Assembly (NCBI GenBank): GCA_020637495.1
Contig: JACJVV010000001.1
Location: forward strand, 205,082 to 269,081
DNA length: 64,000 nt
Reading direction: 5' to 3'
Source: Candidatus Woesearchaeota archaeon
GTDB taxonomy: Archaea; Nanobdellota; Nanobdellia; Woesearchaeales; JACJVV01
Both the position numbers and the translations under genes were made by a program. Of this stretch, positions 1 through 9,105 are shown in pieces; the first letter of the stretch is position 1, and each line of letters begins with the position of its first letter. The notes below the pieces were generated by a model. The model was not told the DNA's origin, did not search any database, and worked only from the letters and a program-made list of their open reading frames with translations.

Positions 1-1047
1 ACGACAGCAAGATCAGCACCTCTATCATTTAGGATCTTCTTTATCTCCAATGCTGGACTCTCGCGAAGATCACCTACATTCGGCTTGTAGGAGAGACCGA
101 GAAGACAGACTTTTGTGCCTTTAATCTTTTTACCTATTTCAGCCAATGAGTTCTCAAGCTTTTGTACAGTATACTCAGGCATGCTGTTATTGACGTCCCT
201 GGCCATCTGAAGAAATGAATGTTCAAACCCCATATCCCTTGCCTTCTGAATAAGATAGTAAGGATCTACTGGAATGCAATGACCACCTACACCACAGCCT
301 GGGAAATGAGGCATAAAAGCAAATGGCTTGTTCGATGCCGCGTTTATTATCTCGATTATATCAAGACCCATAAGATCAAAAGATTTTGCAAGCTCATTTA
401 CATATGCGATATTGATGTCACGGAATGTGTTCTCAATCACCTTTGATGCTTCAGCAGCTTTCAAGCTAGATACCACATTTATATCAGCATCTATAAAGGA
501 ACTATAGAATTTTTTGGCAAAAGCTGCAGATTCTGAAGAAGAAGCTCCAATATTTCTGGGGATATTATATACATTATATTTCTTGTTTCCAGGATCAATC
601 CTTTCTGGACAATGTGCAACATTGAAATCTTCATTGCACCTCAGTCCTGATCTCTCTAAAGCAGGAATGAGAACTTCATCACATACCCCTGGGTTTACAG
701 TAGATTCAAGTATTATCAATTGTCCTTTTTTCAGGAATGGGAGAATAGAATCTGTCGCACTCTCAATGCAGGATAAATCAGGAAGCTTATTCTCTTTTAT
801 TGGAGTAGGAACAGCTATTATGATCAGGTCAGATGAATCAATCTTGCTGAAGTCCGTAGATGCAGATAGGGATATCTCCTTGATGTCCTTCTCTGCTTGC
901 TTGTCTTCAACTGGGGATTTTTTCTGGTTTATCAGATCAACTTTCTGTTTGCTCAGATCAATCCCTATCACCTCATGTTCTGTCTTTTTTGCGATAGCAC
1001 AAGCTAATGGAAAACCGACATAACCCATCCCTATAATGGATACCTTC
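1..1047 (-). CDS. Nucleotide-sugar dehydrogenase (UDP-glucose/GDP-mannose dehydrogenase family), C-terminally truncated by the window edge
   Basis: Not in the ORF track because it runs off the window. Reverse-complement translation from the ATG at 1045-1047 gives MKVSIIGMGYVGFPLACAIAKK..., a Rossmann NAD-binding N-terminus, then GHCIPVDPYYL and LGLSYKPNVGDLRESPA motifs typical of this family. The + strand ORF 514..1023 is its antisense shadow. Confidence 0.8.
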
Positions 1048-1050
1048 ATT

Positions 1051-2364
1051 TTATCTATATTCATTTTTTATTAAAACTTGTTCATATTTTTTAGCCAAGC
1101 TATCGTAGCTGAACTCTTTTATTTTTGATTTTTTACCATTATATAAAACATTCCCTGTTTTTTTATATTCAGAATATGCTCTTGATAGTATCTTGCTACA
1201 CGTTGATGGATCATTGCAAGAATAACCTGCACCAGTATATTCAAGCAGTTCATGCATGATGTTATCCTTGACGCCACCTGACATGATTATAGGACGACCT
1301 GATGCAAGATATTCAAAGAACTTGCCTGGTATGACCCCTTTCTCTTTGTCATCATCCCAGTCCATCAACATAAGCATCTGGCTTTCTGATTGTTTTTTTA
1401 CAACCTCTTCTTTAGGCATCATACCATACTGCACAACATTTATTTTTAGTGCATCACCCATCTTTGCTATCTTTGGATAAAAAGGTCCGAATAATCTCAG
1501 CCCAATAGGCAGATTGCATCTTGAGATCCCTTCCATGATCATGCTAGGATCCTGCCTGCCCCAGTAAATGCTACCAGTATATGTGATTGTAAAATCTTTA
1601 GTGAGCTTTATTCTTGGTCTTGAGAATTCTTCTTCATCATATCCATTCGTTATAGCATGGATATCTTGGCTGTACCTTATTTTCAGATCGGATGCCCAAT
1701 GTCGTGTTACTGTGACAAGTGCATCAGCTTGCTTCAATGTTCTCTTCTCAAGCATCCGATCAAGATATCGCCTGATCCCATACGGATAATAATGATTATT
1801 TGACCATGGATCGCGAAGATCTGCAACCCATCTGATATCGTGTTTTTCCTTAAGTCTCAAAGCGATAAGGTGAGCAGTCGCTGGAGAGGAGCTGCTTATC
1901 ATGTGATTTATCTTGTACTTCTTTATTATCTTTGAAGCAATATCTATCGCTGGTTTTCTCCAAAAACGTTCCCAATCTGGATAAGCAAAGAAAAAACCTA
2001 AGATCCCATAAAGGAGTTTGAAAAGCTTTCCTTTCAGGACTGCAGCAAATGTAGGAATCAATGTTCTCTTTTCTGTTGAAGATGAATTGATGTTTTTATT
2101 TGAAAGATTTTTCTTTTTCTTGGACTTGCTTCTTAATGAGAATCTCTTAAAAATCTCTAATGGTCTGAAATAATCAACCTCAACTACCTCGATCTTATTC
2201 TTCTTGAAGAATTCTCGAGAGGGGACCTGACCTCTTCCAAAATCATCGCCTATAGTTCCTGTGAGTATTATCGGTCTCCAGCCATTTCGTGCCAAATATT
2301 TTGCAATGCCCGGAATCCTAGGGCATGCATGATACAGGTCTGCAATGATTAGTATAGTTCTCAT
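1051..2364 (-). CDS. Glycosyltransferase family 4 (group 1 GT) with an internal Lys/Ser-rich insert
   Basis: The C-terminal EYLASGRPIIMSGGVKDN...LLEYTGAGYS matches the GT1/GT4 EX7E region. Start is placed at MRTILIIADL, which overlaps the upstream stop as ATGA (2361-2364). Confidence 0.75.
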   Translation of the reverse strand: MRTILIIADLYHACPRIPGIAKYLARNGWRPIILTGTIGDDFGRGQVPSREFFKKNKIEVVEVDYFRPLEIFKRFSLRSKSKKKKNLSNKNINSSSTEKRTLIPTFAAVLKGKLFKLLYGILGFFFAYPDWERFWRKPAIDIASKIIKKYKINHMISSSSPATAHLIALRLKEKHDIRWVADLRDPWSNNHYYPYGIRRYLDRMLEKRTLKQADALVTVTRHWASDLKIRYSQDIHAITNGYDEEEFSRPRIKLTKDFTITYTGSIYWGRQDPSMIMEGISRCNLPIGLRLFGPFYPKIAKMGDALKINVVQYGMMPKEEVVKKQSESQMLMLMDWDDDKEKGVIPGKFFEYLASGRPIIMSGGVKDNIMHELLEYTGAGYSCNDPSTCSKILSRAYSEYKKTGNVLYNGKKSKIKEFSYDSLAKKYEQVLIKNEYR

Positions 2365-3095
2365 CTTGTTGTTATAATTGCTCCGAAACGCTGCCAGTTC
2401 ATGTCTGGCCAATCATCATCCTTTATTTTCTGAATAATAACCTCTCGCTTATATTTCTTAAAAAGTTTCCTGTAATCCCTTACCCAAAGATTATTATGTT
2501 GTTCGCCTTTTGGACCTATATTACTATCCTGCCATTCAAGCAATACTATCCCTTTTTTTGATATACGTAACATCTCACATAATATACTGTCAATCTTATC
2601 AGGTCCTATATATATCAATACAGCGTCGCTAAAGACAACATCAAAACTATTATCCTCGAATCGTTTCATCACATCAGCCTTGCCCACTATAAGGTCAGTA
2701 TTCTTGTCTTCTCTGAATAAATTCCTCCCATGCTGAATAGCTTCAGGATTGATATCTATCCCAGTAAGCTTAACCTTAGGGTATTTTTTCCTGAGAAGAG
2801 ATAAATTAGGCCCACAATTACAGCCGATTTCAAGGACTGAGCCAGGTTTTAACTTTGATATACCATCAATTAATATCTTCCTATGGGGATGCTTGAGTGA
2901 TTTCTCATATCCTTTAATCCAGTCAGATCTCTCTTTCTTATGCCTATTTTCCCATTCATTCTCCCAGGCCGATGTTCCAATGAATATCTGCTTTATCCTG
3001 ACCATACGAGTAGAATAGTATATCCTCTGCAGGAAAGAATAAATTCTTGGGTGCTTCCTTATTTTTTCAAGAATGGTCCCAGATGATCTATTCAT
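2361..3095 (-). CDS. Class I SAM-dependent methyltransferase
   Basis: Motif I VLEIGCNCGPNL, motif II DVVFSDAVLIY. The ATGA start/stop overlap with the upstream aminotransferase indicates translational coupling. Confidence 0.7.
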   Translation of the reverse strand: MNRSSGTILEKIRKHPRIYSFLQRIYYSTRMVRIKQIFIGTSAWENEWENRHKKERSDWIKGYEKSLKHPHRKILIDGISKLKPGSVLEIGCNCGPNLSLLRKKYPKVKLTGIDINPEAIQHGRNLFREDKNTDLIVGKADVMKRFEDNSFDVVFSDAVLIYIGPDKIDSILCEMLRISKKGIVLLEWQDSNIGPKGEQHNNLWVRDYRKLFKKYKREVIIQKIKDDDWPDMNWQRFGAIITTR

Positions 3096-4225
3096 TTGAA
3101 AAAGACCTTGACTTTATCGATCACATAGTCAACTTCTTCATCAGTCATCTCTGGATACATCGGCAAGGATACTACCTCGTTGCTTATTGCAACAGTCTCT
3201 GGAAGATCAAAATGGTCCAGCTTGAGAGGTTTCTGCAGGTGGTTAGGTACGATCCATGAGATCAGATAACCTATGTTATTGCTTTTCAGATATGCTGTGA
3301 ATTCATCACGTCGCTTTGTACGTACAACATAATTCTGATAAACATCAAAATTAGGAGAATCTGAAGGTGCTGGCATAATACCTAGATCAGCTATGTCCTT
3401 AAAGGCATCATCATACTTCTGTGCTATCTCTCTTCTTCTTGATACCCAATCATCAAAGTGCTTGAATTTTGCTGATAGCAATGCTGCATGCAGATTGTCA
3501 AGCCTTGTGCAATAACCATAGCAATTTATCACCTTGACATCATCCACTCGTCCATTATCCCTCAACGCTCGGAGCTTGAATGCCAAAGCATCATCATTGG
3601 TGCAGACAATACCACCATCACCTGCCGTACCAAGCATCTTTGCAGGGTAGAAAGAGAATATGGATGTATCTCCGAATGAACCTGTGTGTTTTCCATTGAA
3701 TTTTGAACCAAGGGCCTGAGCTGCATCCTCTATAACTTTAAGATTATGCTTCTTAGCAAGTTCCATTATCTTGCCCATATCAGCTGCTCTTCCGTTGAGA
3801 TGCACTGGGATTATCCCTTTTGTCTTCGAAGTAATTGCTGCTTCAACCTTTGTCACGTCAATATTATAATCTTTAGCTACGTCAACTAGCACAGGAGTCG
3901 CTCCGCATTGTGCTATAGCACCAATAGTAGCAACAAAAGTATGCCCAACAGTTATTATCTCATCTCCAGGTTTCCAGCCTAGTGCATGCGCTGAGATGTA
4001 GAGTGCATCTGTACCGCTATTCACACCGATTGCATGCTTAACACCTATGTAATCTGCTATCTCCCTCTCAAAATCTTCAAGATGCTTTCGCATGATGAAA
4101 TCACCGTTCGACATTATACCTTCCCATACTGCGTCAAGTTCTGATTTCAATTGTTGATACTGCCTTTTGAAATTCACGAATGGAACTCCTGTTATTTTTT
4201 CACTCTCTATTATCGTGTTCGTCAT
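3092..4225 (-). CDS. DegT/DnrJ/EryC1/StrS-family PLP-dependent sugar aminotransferase
   Basis: FVNFKRQY...GVNSGTDALYISAHALGWKPGDEIITVGHTFVATIGAI...SFYPAKMLGTAGDGGIV are family hallmarks, including the lysine-bearing SFxxxK region. Confidence 0.85.
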   Translation of the reverse strand: MTNTIIESEKITGVPFVNFKRQYQQLKSELDAVWEGIMSNGDFIMRKHLEDFEREIADYIGVKHAIGVNSGTDALYISAHALGWKPGDEIITVGHTFVATIGAIAQCGATPVLVDVAKDYNIDVTKVEAAITSKTKGIIPVHLNGRAADMGKIMELAKKHNLKVIEDAAQALGSKFNGKHTGSFGDTSIFSFYPAKMLGTAGDGGIVCTNDDALAFKLRALRDNGRVDDVKVINCYGYCTRLDNLHAALLSAKFKHFDDWVSRRREIAQKYDDAFKDIADLGIMPAPSDSPNFDVYQNYVVRTKRRDEFTAYLKSNNIGYLISWIVPNHLQKPLKLDHFDLPETVAISNEVVSLPMYPEMTDEEVDYVIDKVKVFFK

Positions 4226-5199
4226 TTTATCATCTCTTGTATCTTTTCTTTAATCTTGTCTGATCTAATATAATATACCTCTTCAAGAACTGAGCTTGCT
4301 GGAGCATGACAATCAGGGAGAGTCAGTCTATGTATAGGCTGTTTAAGATATGAAAATGCCTTTTCAGACGCTATCGCTGATACTTCAGCAGCAACCCCTG
4401 CATGTCTCCATGCTGCATCTACCACAAGCAACTTACCTGTCTTCTTGACGGAGGTGATTATCGCATCTTCATCTATAGGTTTGATCGTACGTAGATCAAT
4501 GATCTCTATATCAATCCCTTTATCTGCTAATTCCTCAGCAGCAACTAACGCTTGCGATACCATATAAGATGTCGCAACAATCGTGAGGTCTTTTCCCTCC
4601 CGTATTATATTTGCTTTTCCTATAGGAACTTCGTACATCTCTTCAGGCACGTCGCCTTTCTCATTGTAAAGCCATCTATCGTCTATATATATCACTGGAT
4701 TATTATCTTTGACACTGGATACCAAAAGCCCTTTCGCATCATATGGTGTGCTAGGCATCACCACTTTTATCCCTGGGATATGCATATACATTGCCTGTGA
4801 TGCCTGTGAATGCTGTGCACCCTGCTCACCACCACGGTTTATTATACTACGTATAGTTACTGGAACATTCGATTTTCCGCCAAACATATAGTTGGCTGCT
4901 GATGCTGAGTTTATTATCTGATCCATGGCAAGATACATGAAATCCATCCTTGGATGCACCATTATAGGGCGCATACCTGCCATCGCTGCGCCTATAGTGA
5001 TTCCTGTGATGCCATTCTCAGAAATTGGAATATCTATGATACGTTCCTCTCCATACTTATCAAAGATTCCTTTCATGCTGTTGCCAACATACCAAGGGCT
5101 CTTTACCCCAATACCCATGACAAATGTATCTGGGGATGATTCTAGCAACTGGTCAAAAGCTTCCTTGATTGCGTCGGCATATGTTATCTCTCTTACCAT
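4222..5199 (-). CDS. Thiamine-diphosphate-dependent 2-oxoacid dehydrogenase E1 component, beta subunit
   Basis: Transketolase-like pyrimidine-binding and C-terminal domains (ITYADAIKEAFDQLL, GIGVKSPWYV...GITGITIGAAMAGMRPI, VVMPSTPYDAKGLL). Confidence 0.8.
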   Translation of the reverse strand: MVREITYADAIKEAFDQLLESSPDTFVMGIGVKSPWYVGNSMKGIFDKYGEERIIDIPISENGITGITIGAAMAGMRPIMVHPRMDFMYLAMDQIINSASAANYMFGGKSNVPVTIRSIINRGGEQGAQHSQASQAMYMHIPGIKVVMPSTPYDAKGLLVSSVKDNNPVIYIDDRWLYNEKGDVPEEMYEVPIGKANIIREGKDLTIVATSYMVSQALVAAEELADKGIDIEIIDLRTIKPIDEDAIITSVKKTGKLLVVDAAWRHAGVAAEVSAIASEKAFSYLKQPIHRLTLPDCHAPASSVLEEVYYIRSDKIKEKIQEMIK

Positions 5200-5245
5200 T
5201 TTTATCTTCGGGCAATGTTAAATTATTCTTTTTTTATCGGCCTTT

Positions 5246-6214
5246 TTAATCAGCATAAATATCATCAAGCAATGTAGCTGGATCAGGTTTGCTGCTTTCT
5301 CTTGCAAACCTGAATGCTTGCTTTACCTCATCATCAACTTCTAACTCAATATCTCTTATCTCAGAATCTAACAACCCTGAAAGTATATCTTTGTTTAGCA
5401 ATGGATCCTTTGCTTTCCATGAATCAATCTCTTGAGCTGTTCTCAAACCTTTATCAATATCAAGCAATGGACCAACATGGCCTTTCCATCTGAAGGTCAT
5501 GCATTCGATGAAAGTAGGGCCTTGGCCATCTCTTGCGCGCTCTGCTGCTTCTTTCACTTTTGAATACACTTCTATCACATCGTTCCCGTCAATCTGAAAG
5601 CTAGGCATGTATGGTTCTGTCTTTAGGTACATATCATCAATGGGTTGTCTTTCTGATAATTTCATATGGGCAGCAGCATTATTATTTTCGCATATCATTA
5701 TTAGTGGGAGTTTCTTGAGTGATGCGAAATTCACTATCTCAGAGAAGACTCCTTCTTCTGTTGCTCCTTCACCAAAAAAAAGCAATGTAACTTTCTTGTC
5801 ATCTCTTAGTTTTGAGGAGAGTGCGACGCCTGCTGCAGGCGCTATCTGTCCTGCAACTATTGCTGTGCTCCCGAACAGATTAACTTCAGGAGAGATAAGG
5901 TGCATCGAACCCCCTCGTCCTTTGCAGCAGCCTGTTGATTTGCAGAATATCTCTGCAACCATTTTCTTTGTGTCTCCACCTTTTGCAATATAATGCCCAT
6001 GACCACGATAGAAAGCAAAAGCATAATCCTCTTTCTCAACAGCACGGCATGCGCCAACTGCTATCGCTTCTTGACCTATATAGAGATGACAAGGAGTCTT
6101 GATCTCTTTATCCTCAGATACGTCAGATATTGCTTCTTCAAACTTCCTTATCCTAAGCATATCCTTGTAAAAAGCAAGGGACTGTTCTTTTGATATCTTT
6201 AGGTTCGTTTTCAT
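5246..6214 (-). CDS. Thiamine-diphosphate-dependent 2-oxoacid dehydrogenase E1 component, alpha subunit
   Basis: YRGHGHYIAKGG and the TPP-binding GDG-N motif FGEGATEEGVFSEIVNFASLKKLPLIMICENN. Confidence 0.8.
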   Translation of the reverse strand: MKTNLKISKEQSLAFYKDMLRIRKFEEAISDVSEDKEIKTPCHLYIGQEAIAVGACRAVEKEDYAFAFYRGHGHYIAKGGDTKKMVAEIFCKSTGCCKGRGGSMHLISPEVNLFGSTAIVAGQIAPAAGVALSSKLRDDKKVTLLFFGEGATEEGVFSEIVNFASLKKLPLIMICENNNAAAHMKLSERQPIDDMYLKTEPYMPSFQIDGNDVIEVYSKVKEAAERARDGQGPTFIECMTFRWKGHVGPLLDIDKGLRTAQEIDSWKAKDPLLNKDILSGLLDSEIRDIELEVDDEVKQAFRFARESSKPDPATLLDDIYAD

Positions 6215-6259
6215 TTCAATTTTTCCAGTAATTCCGATATAATAAATCCTGTGAGAGCA

Positions 6260-7714
6260 TCATAGTTTATTCACTTCACTTGGGTCTTTGAATGTAGGTA
6301 CAATGCCTTTGAGCATGCTGACTAATTCTGATGACTCTAGTTTACCGGTTGTGCATTTTTTTATAAGCTCTTTTGTATGCCCTATGAAATCTGCATGATC
6401 AAAATCTTCATCTTTTGTAACTATGAATATCTTATTGTTTTTTGTAGCATCCGTATGTTCAACTTCTGTCAGAGGCTCTTCATAGAGCTTCTCTCCTGGC
6501 CGAAGACCTACATATCTTATCTCGACATCCTTATCAGGCTCTTTTCCTGAAAGCCTTATCATCCATCTTGCAAGATCCTCTATCTTTATTGGTTCACCCA
6601 TGTCAAGCACGAAGACCTCATCGCCTGTACCCATAACCCAGCATTGGAGTACAAGCTGAGCTGCCTCGTCTATAGTCATGAAATACCTTACTATATCCTT
6701 ATGTGTTATAGTGACATACCCTTGCTGAATCTGTTTCCTGAACGTAGGGATAACGCTTCCATTACTTGCAAGCACATTGCCGAATCGGACTGCCATGAAT
6801 TTTGTCCTCTTACTCTGCTCTTTTGCAACCTGTGAATAATAATGCATCAATTTCTCTGTTACACGTTTTGTCGCGCCCATGACATTTGTTGGATTCACTG
6901 CTTTATCTGAGCTTATCAGTATGAAGCTTTCACAATCATGCTCAAGAGAAAGCTCAAAAAGATTCTTTGTACCAAGTACATTATTCTTTACCGCTTCAAC
7001 AGGATTATGCTCCATGAGAGGCACATGCTTGTATGCAGCTGCATTGAATATTATGTCTGGTTTGGATTCTTGAAAAATCAATCCAATCCTTGCTCTTTCC
7101 TGTATATTTGCAATTACATATTTAACTTTTGTAGTGCATGGTTCCTCAAGGTTTCTGGCTACAGTTGCAAGCCTGTCCTGAAGATAGAATGTCCCATTCT
7201 CCCACCAATCTACTGCGATAAGCTGCTTAGGGTTGAGGCTAAGAAGTTGTGAACATAGTTCGCTGCCGATTGAACCAGCCGCACCAAATACCATGACTGT
7301 CTTCCCTCTTATCTTTGATTTTGCAGGTTCAAAGTCCTGCCGATATATACTTCTTCCCACTAGGTCCTCTACCTGAATCTGACGGACCTGCTCTAAGTTC
7401 ACTACACCATTGACTATCTCTGATATCCTAGGGACAATGTTTATCTTGACTGGTTGATCCCTGCAATTCTGAATTATCTTACGCATCAATGCGCCATTTC
7501 CAGATGGTATTGCTATGAATACTATGCGTATGTCATTCTGGTTTATTATCTCAGGAAGACTATCAACATTGCCTAATATAGGGAGACCGCAATATTCACC
7601 TTTCTTATCATCATCTAAAAAACCTTTTACAGTAATGGATTTTGAATTAGAACTGAGACTCTCTAAAAGTTCTCGGCCTGCTCCTCCTGCTCCTATTATG
7701 AGTGCGTTTTCCAT
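6260..7714 (-). CDS. NDP-sugar 4,6-dehydratase/epimerase of the CapD/PglF/WbpM (polysaccharide biosynthesis protein) family
   Basis: N-terminal Rossmann LIIGAGGAGRELL, a second NAD site VMVFGAAGSIGSELC, YKHVPLME, and FGNVLASNGSVIPTFRKQIQQG. Start is placed at MENALIIG (7714); the track ORF extends 21 codons further upstream. Confidence 0.8.
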   Translation of the reverse strand: MENALIIGAGGAGRELLESLSSNSKSITVKGFLDDDKKGEYCGLPILGNVDSLPEIINQNDIRIVFIAIPSGNGALMRKIIQNCRDQPVKINIVPRISEIVNGVVNLEQVRQIQVEDLVGRSIYRQDFEPAKSKIRGKTVMVFGAAGSIGSELCSQLLSLNPKQLIAVDWWENGTFYLQDRLATVARNLEEPCTTKVKYVIANIQERARIGLIFQESKPDIIFNAAAYKHVPLMEHNPVEAVKNNVLGTKNLFELSLEHDCESFILISSDKAVNPTNVMGATKRVTEKLMHYYSQVAKEQSKRTKFMAVRFGNVLASNGSVIPTFRKQIQQGYVTITHKDIVRYFMTIDEAAQLVLQCWVMGTGDEVFVLDMGEPIKIEDLARWMIRLSGKEPDKDVEIRYVGLRPGEKLYEEPLTEVEHTDATKNNKIFIVTKDEDFDHADFIGHTKELIKKCTTGKLESSELVSMLKGIVPTFKDPSEVNKL

Positions 7715-7865
7715 GAAACCCCCTTTGAAATTGCAACAAAAGTACCTTAAAATTGCAATATAAGTCCAATATAACATGACTAGATAATTGATTTATAAAT
7801 TTTAGTCTTCCAAAGAAGATAAAATTACGCTTAAGGCACTAGGAAATAGAACTAAAAAAGAAAAA

Positions 7866-8333
7866 TCAGTTCCCTGTCGTGAAATAAGGGACACCTAGAT
7901 TCTCATAGACCATCTGTCTTTCTGAAAATAGCGTATGGTATGGTTGCTCACCATAACATTCTCTATAATATCCTTCTGAGTTCATCAGGTCTCTGCTATT
8001 GATACCATCTTTTAATATCACCCTTTTGCATGAGGCACTATTATCCTCGATTTTAGCAAGATGTTTTGAGAGCCTATATACAGTATCATATTTGATCTTG
8101 TCAGAAAGCTTCACATAGCTTCTGGTAGGAGTTCTAGTCTCACCATATGTATTACAATCATCCTGCTCAGCAATCTGAGAAGGAGCATCTGCATCTGAAA
8201 TAGTTTGGTACACCGCCCCAACATGATATAATGATATCTGATTATTAGGGTAATTCTCAATAGCAACTGCTGAAACTGAGAATACAACTAGCATAAAAAA
8301 CATCAAACTAGCAAGTAGAGCATTCTTTTCCAT
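7866..8333 (-). CDS. Small secreted or membrane-anchored hypothetical protein
   Basis: Signal-peptide-like N-terminus MEKNALLASLMFFMLVVFSVSAVA. TATA-like tatataaa lies upstream of the neighbouring + gene, not this one. No family recognised. Confidence 0.4.
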   Translation of the reverse strand: MEKNALLASLMFFMLVVFSVSAVAIENYPNNQISLYHVGAVYQTISDADAPSQIAEQDDCNTYGETRTPTRSYVKLSDKIKYDTVYRLSKHLAKIEDNSASCKRVILKDGINSRDLMNSEGYYRECYGEQPYHTLFSERQMVYENLGVPYFTTGN

Positions 8334-8477
8334 CCATCATCACCTCTGAATAATGCTAAATCCGTAGATGATGTTAATAAAGCTTTGGTTGTCGTCATGT
8401 GAAGGGTATAAATCTGCATCAAAAGAGGGTAAATACCCAGGGAAATCTATATAAATGCTATCAGAGTGTAGGTTTTC

Positions 8478-9104
8478 ATGGCAAAAAAAGAAGGTAATGA
8501 AGGACAAATAACTGAAAAAAAGAGTGATTCTGAAAGACTTGAAGAAGGACAGATATTGACAAGGATCATATTAGAGATGCTTGGAGGACCAAAAAACCAT
8601 ATAGAGAAGACTATGGTTGATTATGTTGAAAGCATAAAAAACCATGCGGACTATGATATCATCAAAGAATATATCTCAGATAGCAATGAGCAAGAGGATA
8701 AAAAACTATTTTCATTGTATGCAGAGCTTGAGATATGGTTCAAGGATGCCGAAAAACTATTGGCATTCTGTTTTGATAGTCTACCTTCAAGCATAGAGAT
8801 AATCGAACCAGAGGAATTCAAGTTCAAGTCAAATCAATTTGCTGGATTGCTCAATGACCTTCAGGCAAAACTGCATTTCCTTGACATGTCGCTCAAGAAC
8901 CATAAAGCAGACAAGACAGCTGCAGCACATACATTCAAGACACTGACTGAGAATTTCATAGGTTATTGCCTCAAGAATGGAATGAATGACGCAAAGGGAA
9001 TTGCAAAAACAATAGGTATCGCTGAAGACAAGACTATAAAGATGCTGGATGATCTTGCATCAAAGAGCATCATCAAAAAAGATAACAATAAATATTCTTT
9101 GTGA
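8478..9104 (+). CDS. Hypothetical protein in the position where scpA (kleisin) would be expected
   Basis: 208-aa ORF ending 1 nt before the scpB start. No recognisable motif; weak TATA tatataaatg about 25 nt upstream. Confidence 0.4.
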   Translation: MAKKEGNEGQITEKKSDSERLEEGQILTRIILEMLGGPKNHIEKTMVDYVESIKNHADYDIIKEYISDSNEQEDKKLFSLYAELEIWFKDAEKLLAFCFDSLPSSIEIIEPEEFKFKSNQFAGLLNDLQAKLHFLDMSLKNHKADKTAAAHTFKTLTENFIGYCLKNGMNDAKGIAKTIGIAEDKTIKMLDDLASKSIIKKDNNKYSL

Positions 9105-9105
9105 G

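Noticed and set aside
514-1023. + strand 169-aa ORF from the track
   Set aside because: It lies antisense to a well-supported nucleotide-sugar dehydrogenase that reads through it on the minus strand. It has no motifs and its composition looks like an antisense shadow.
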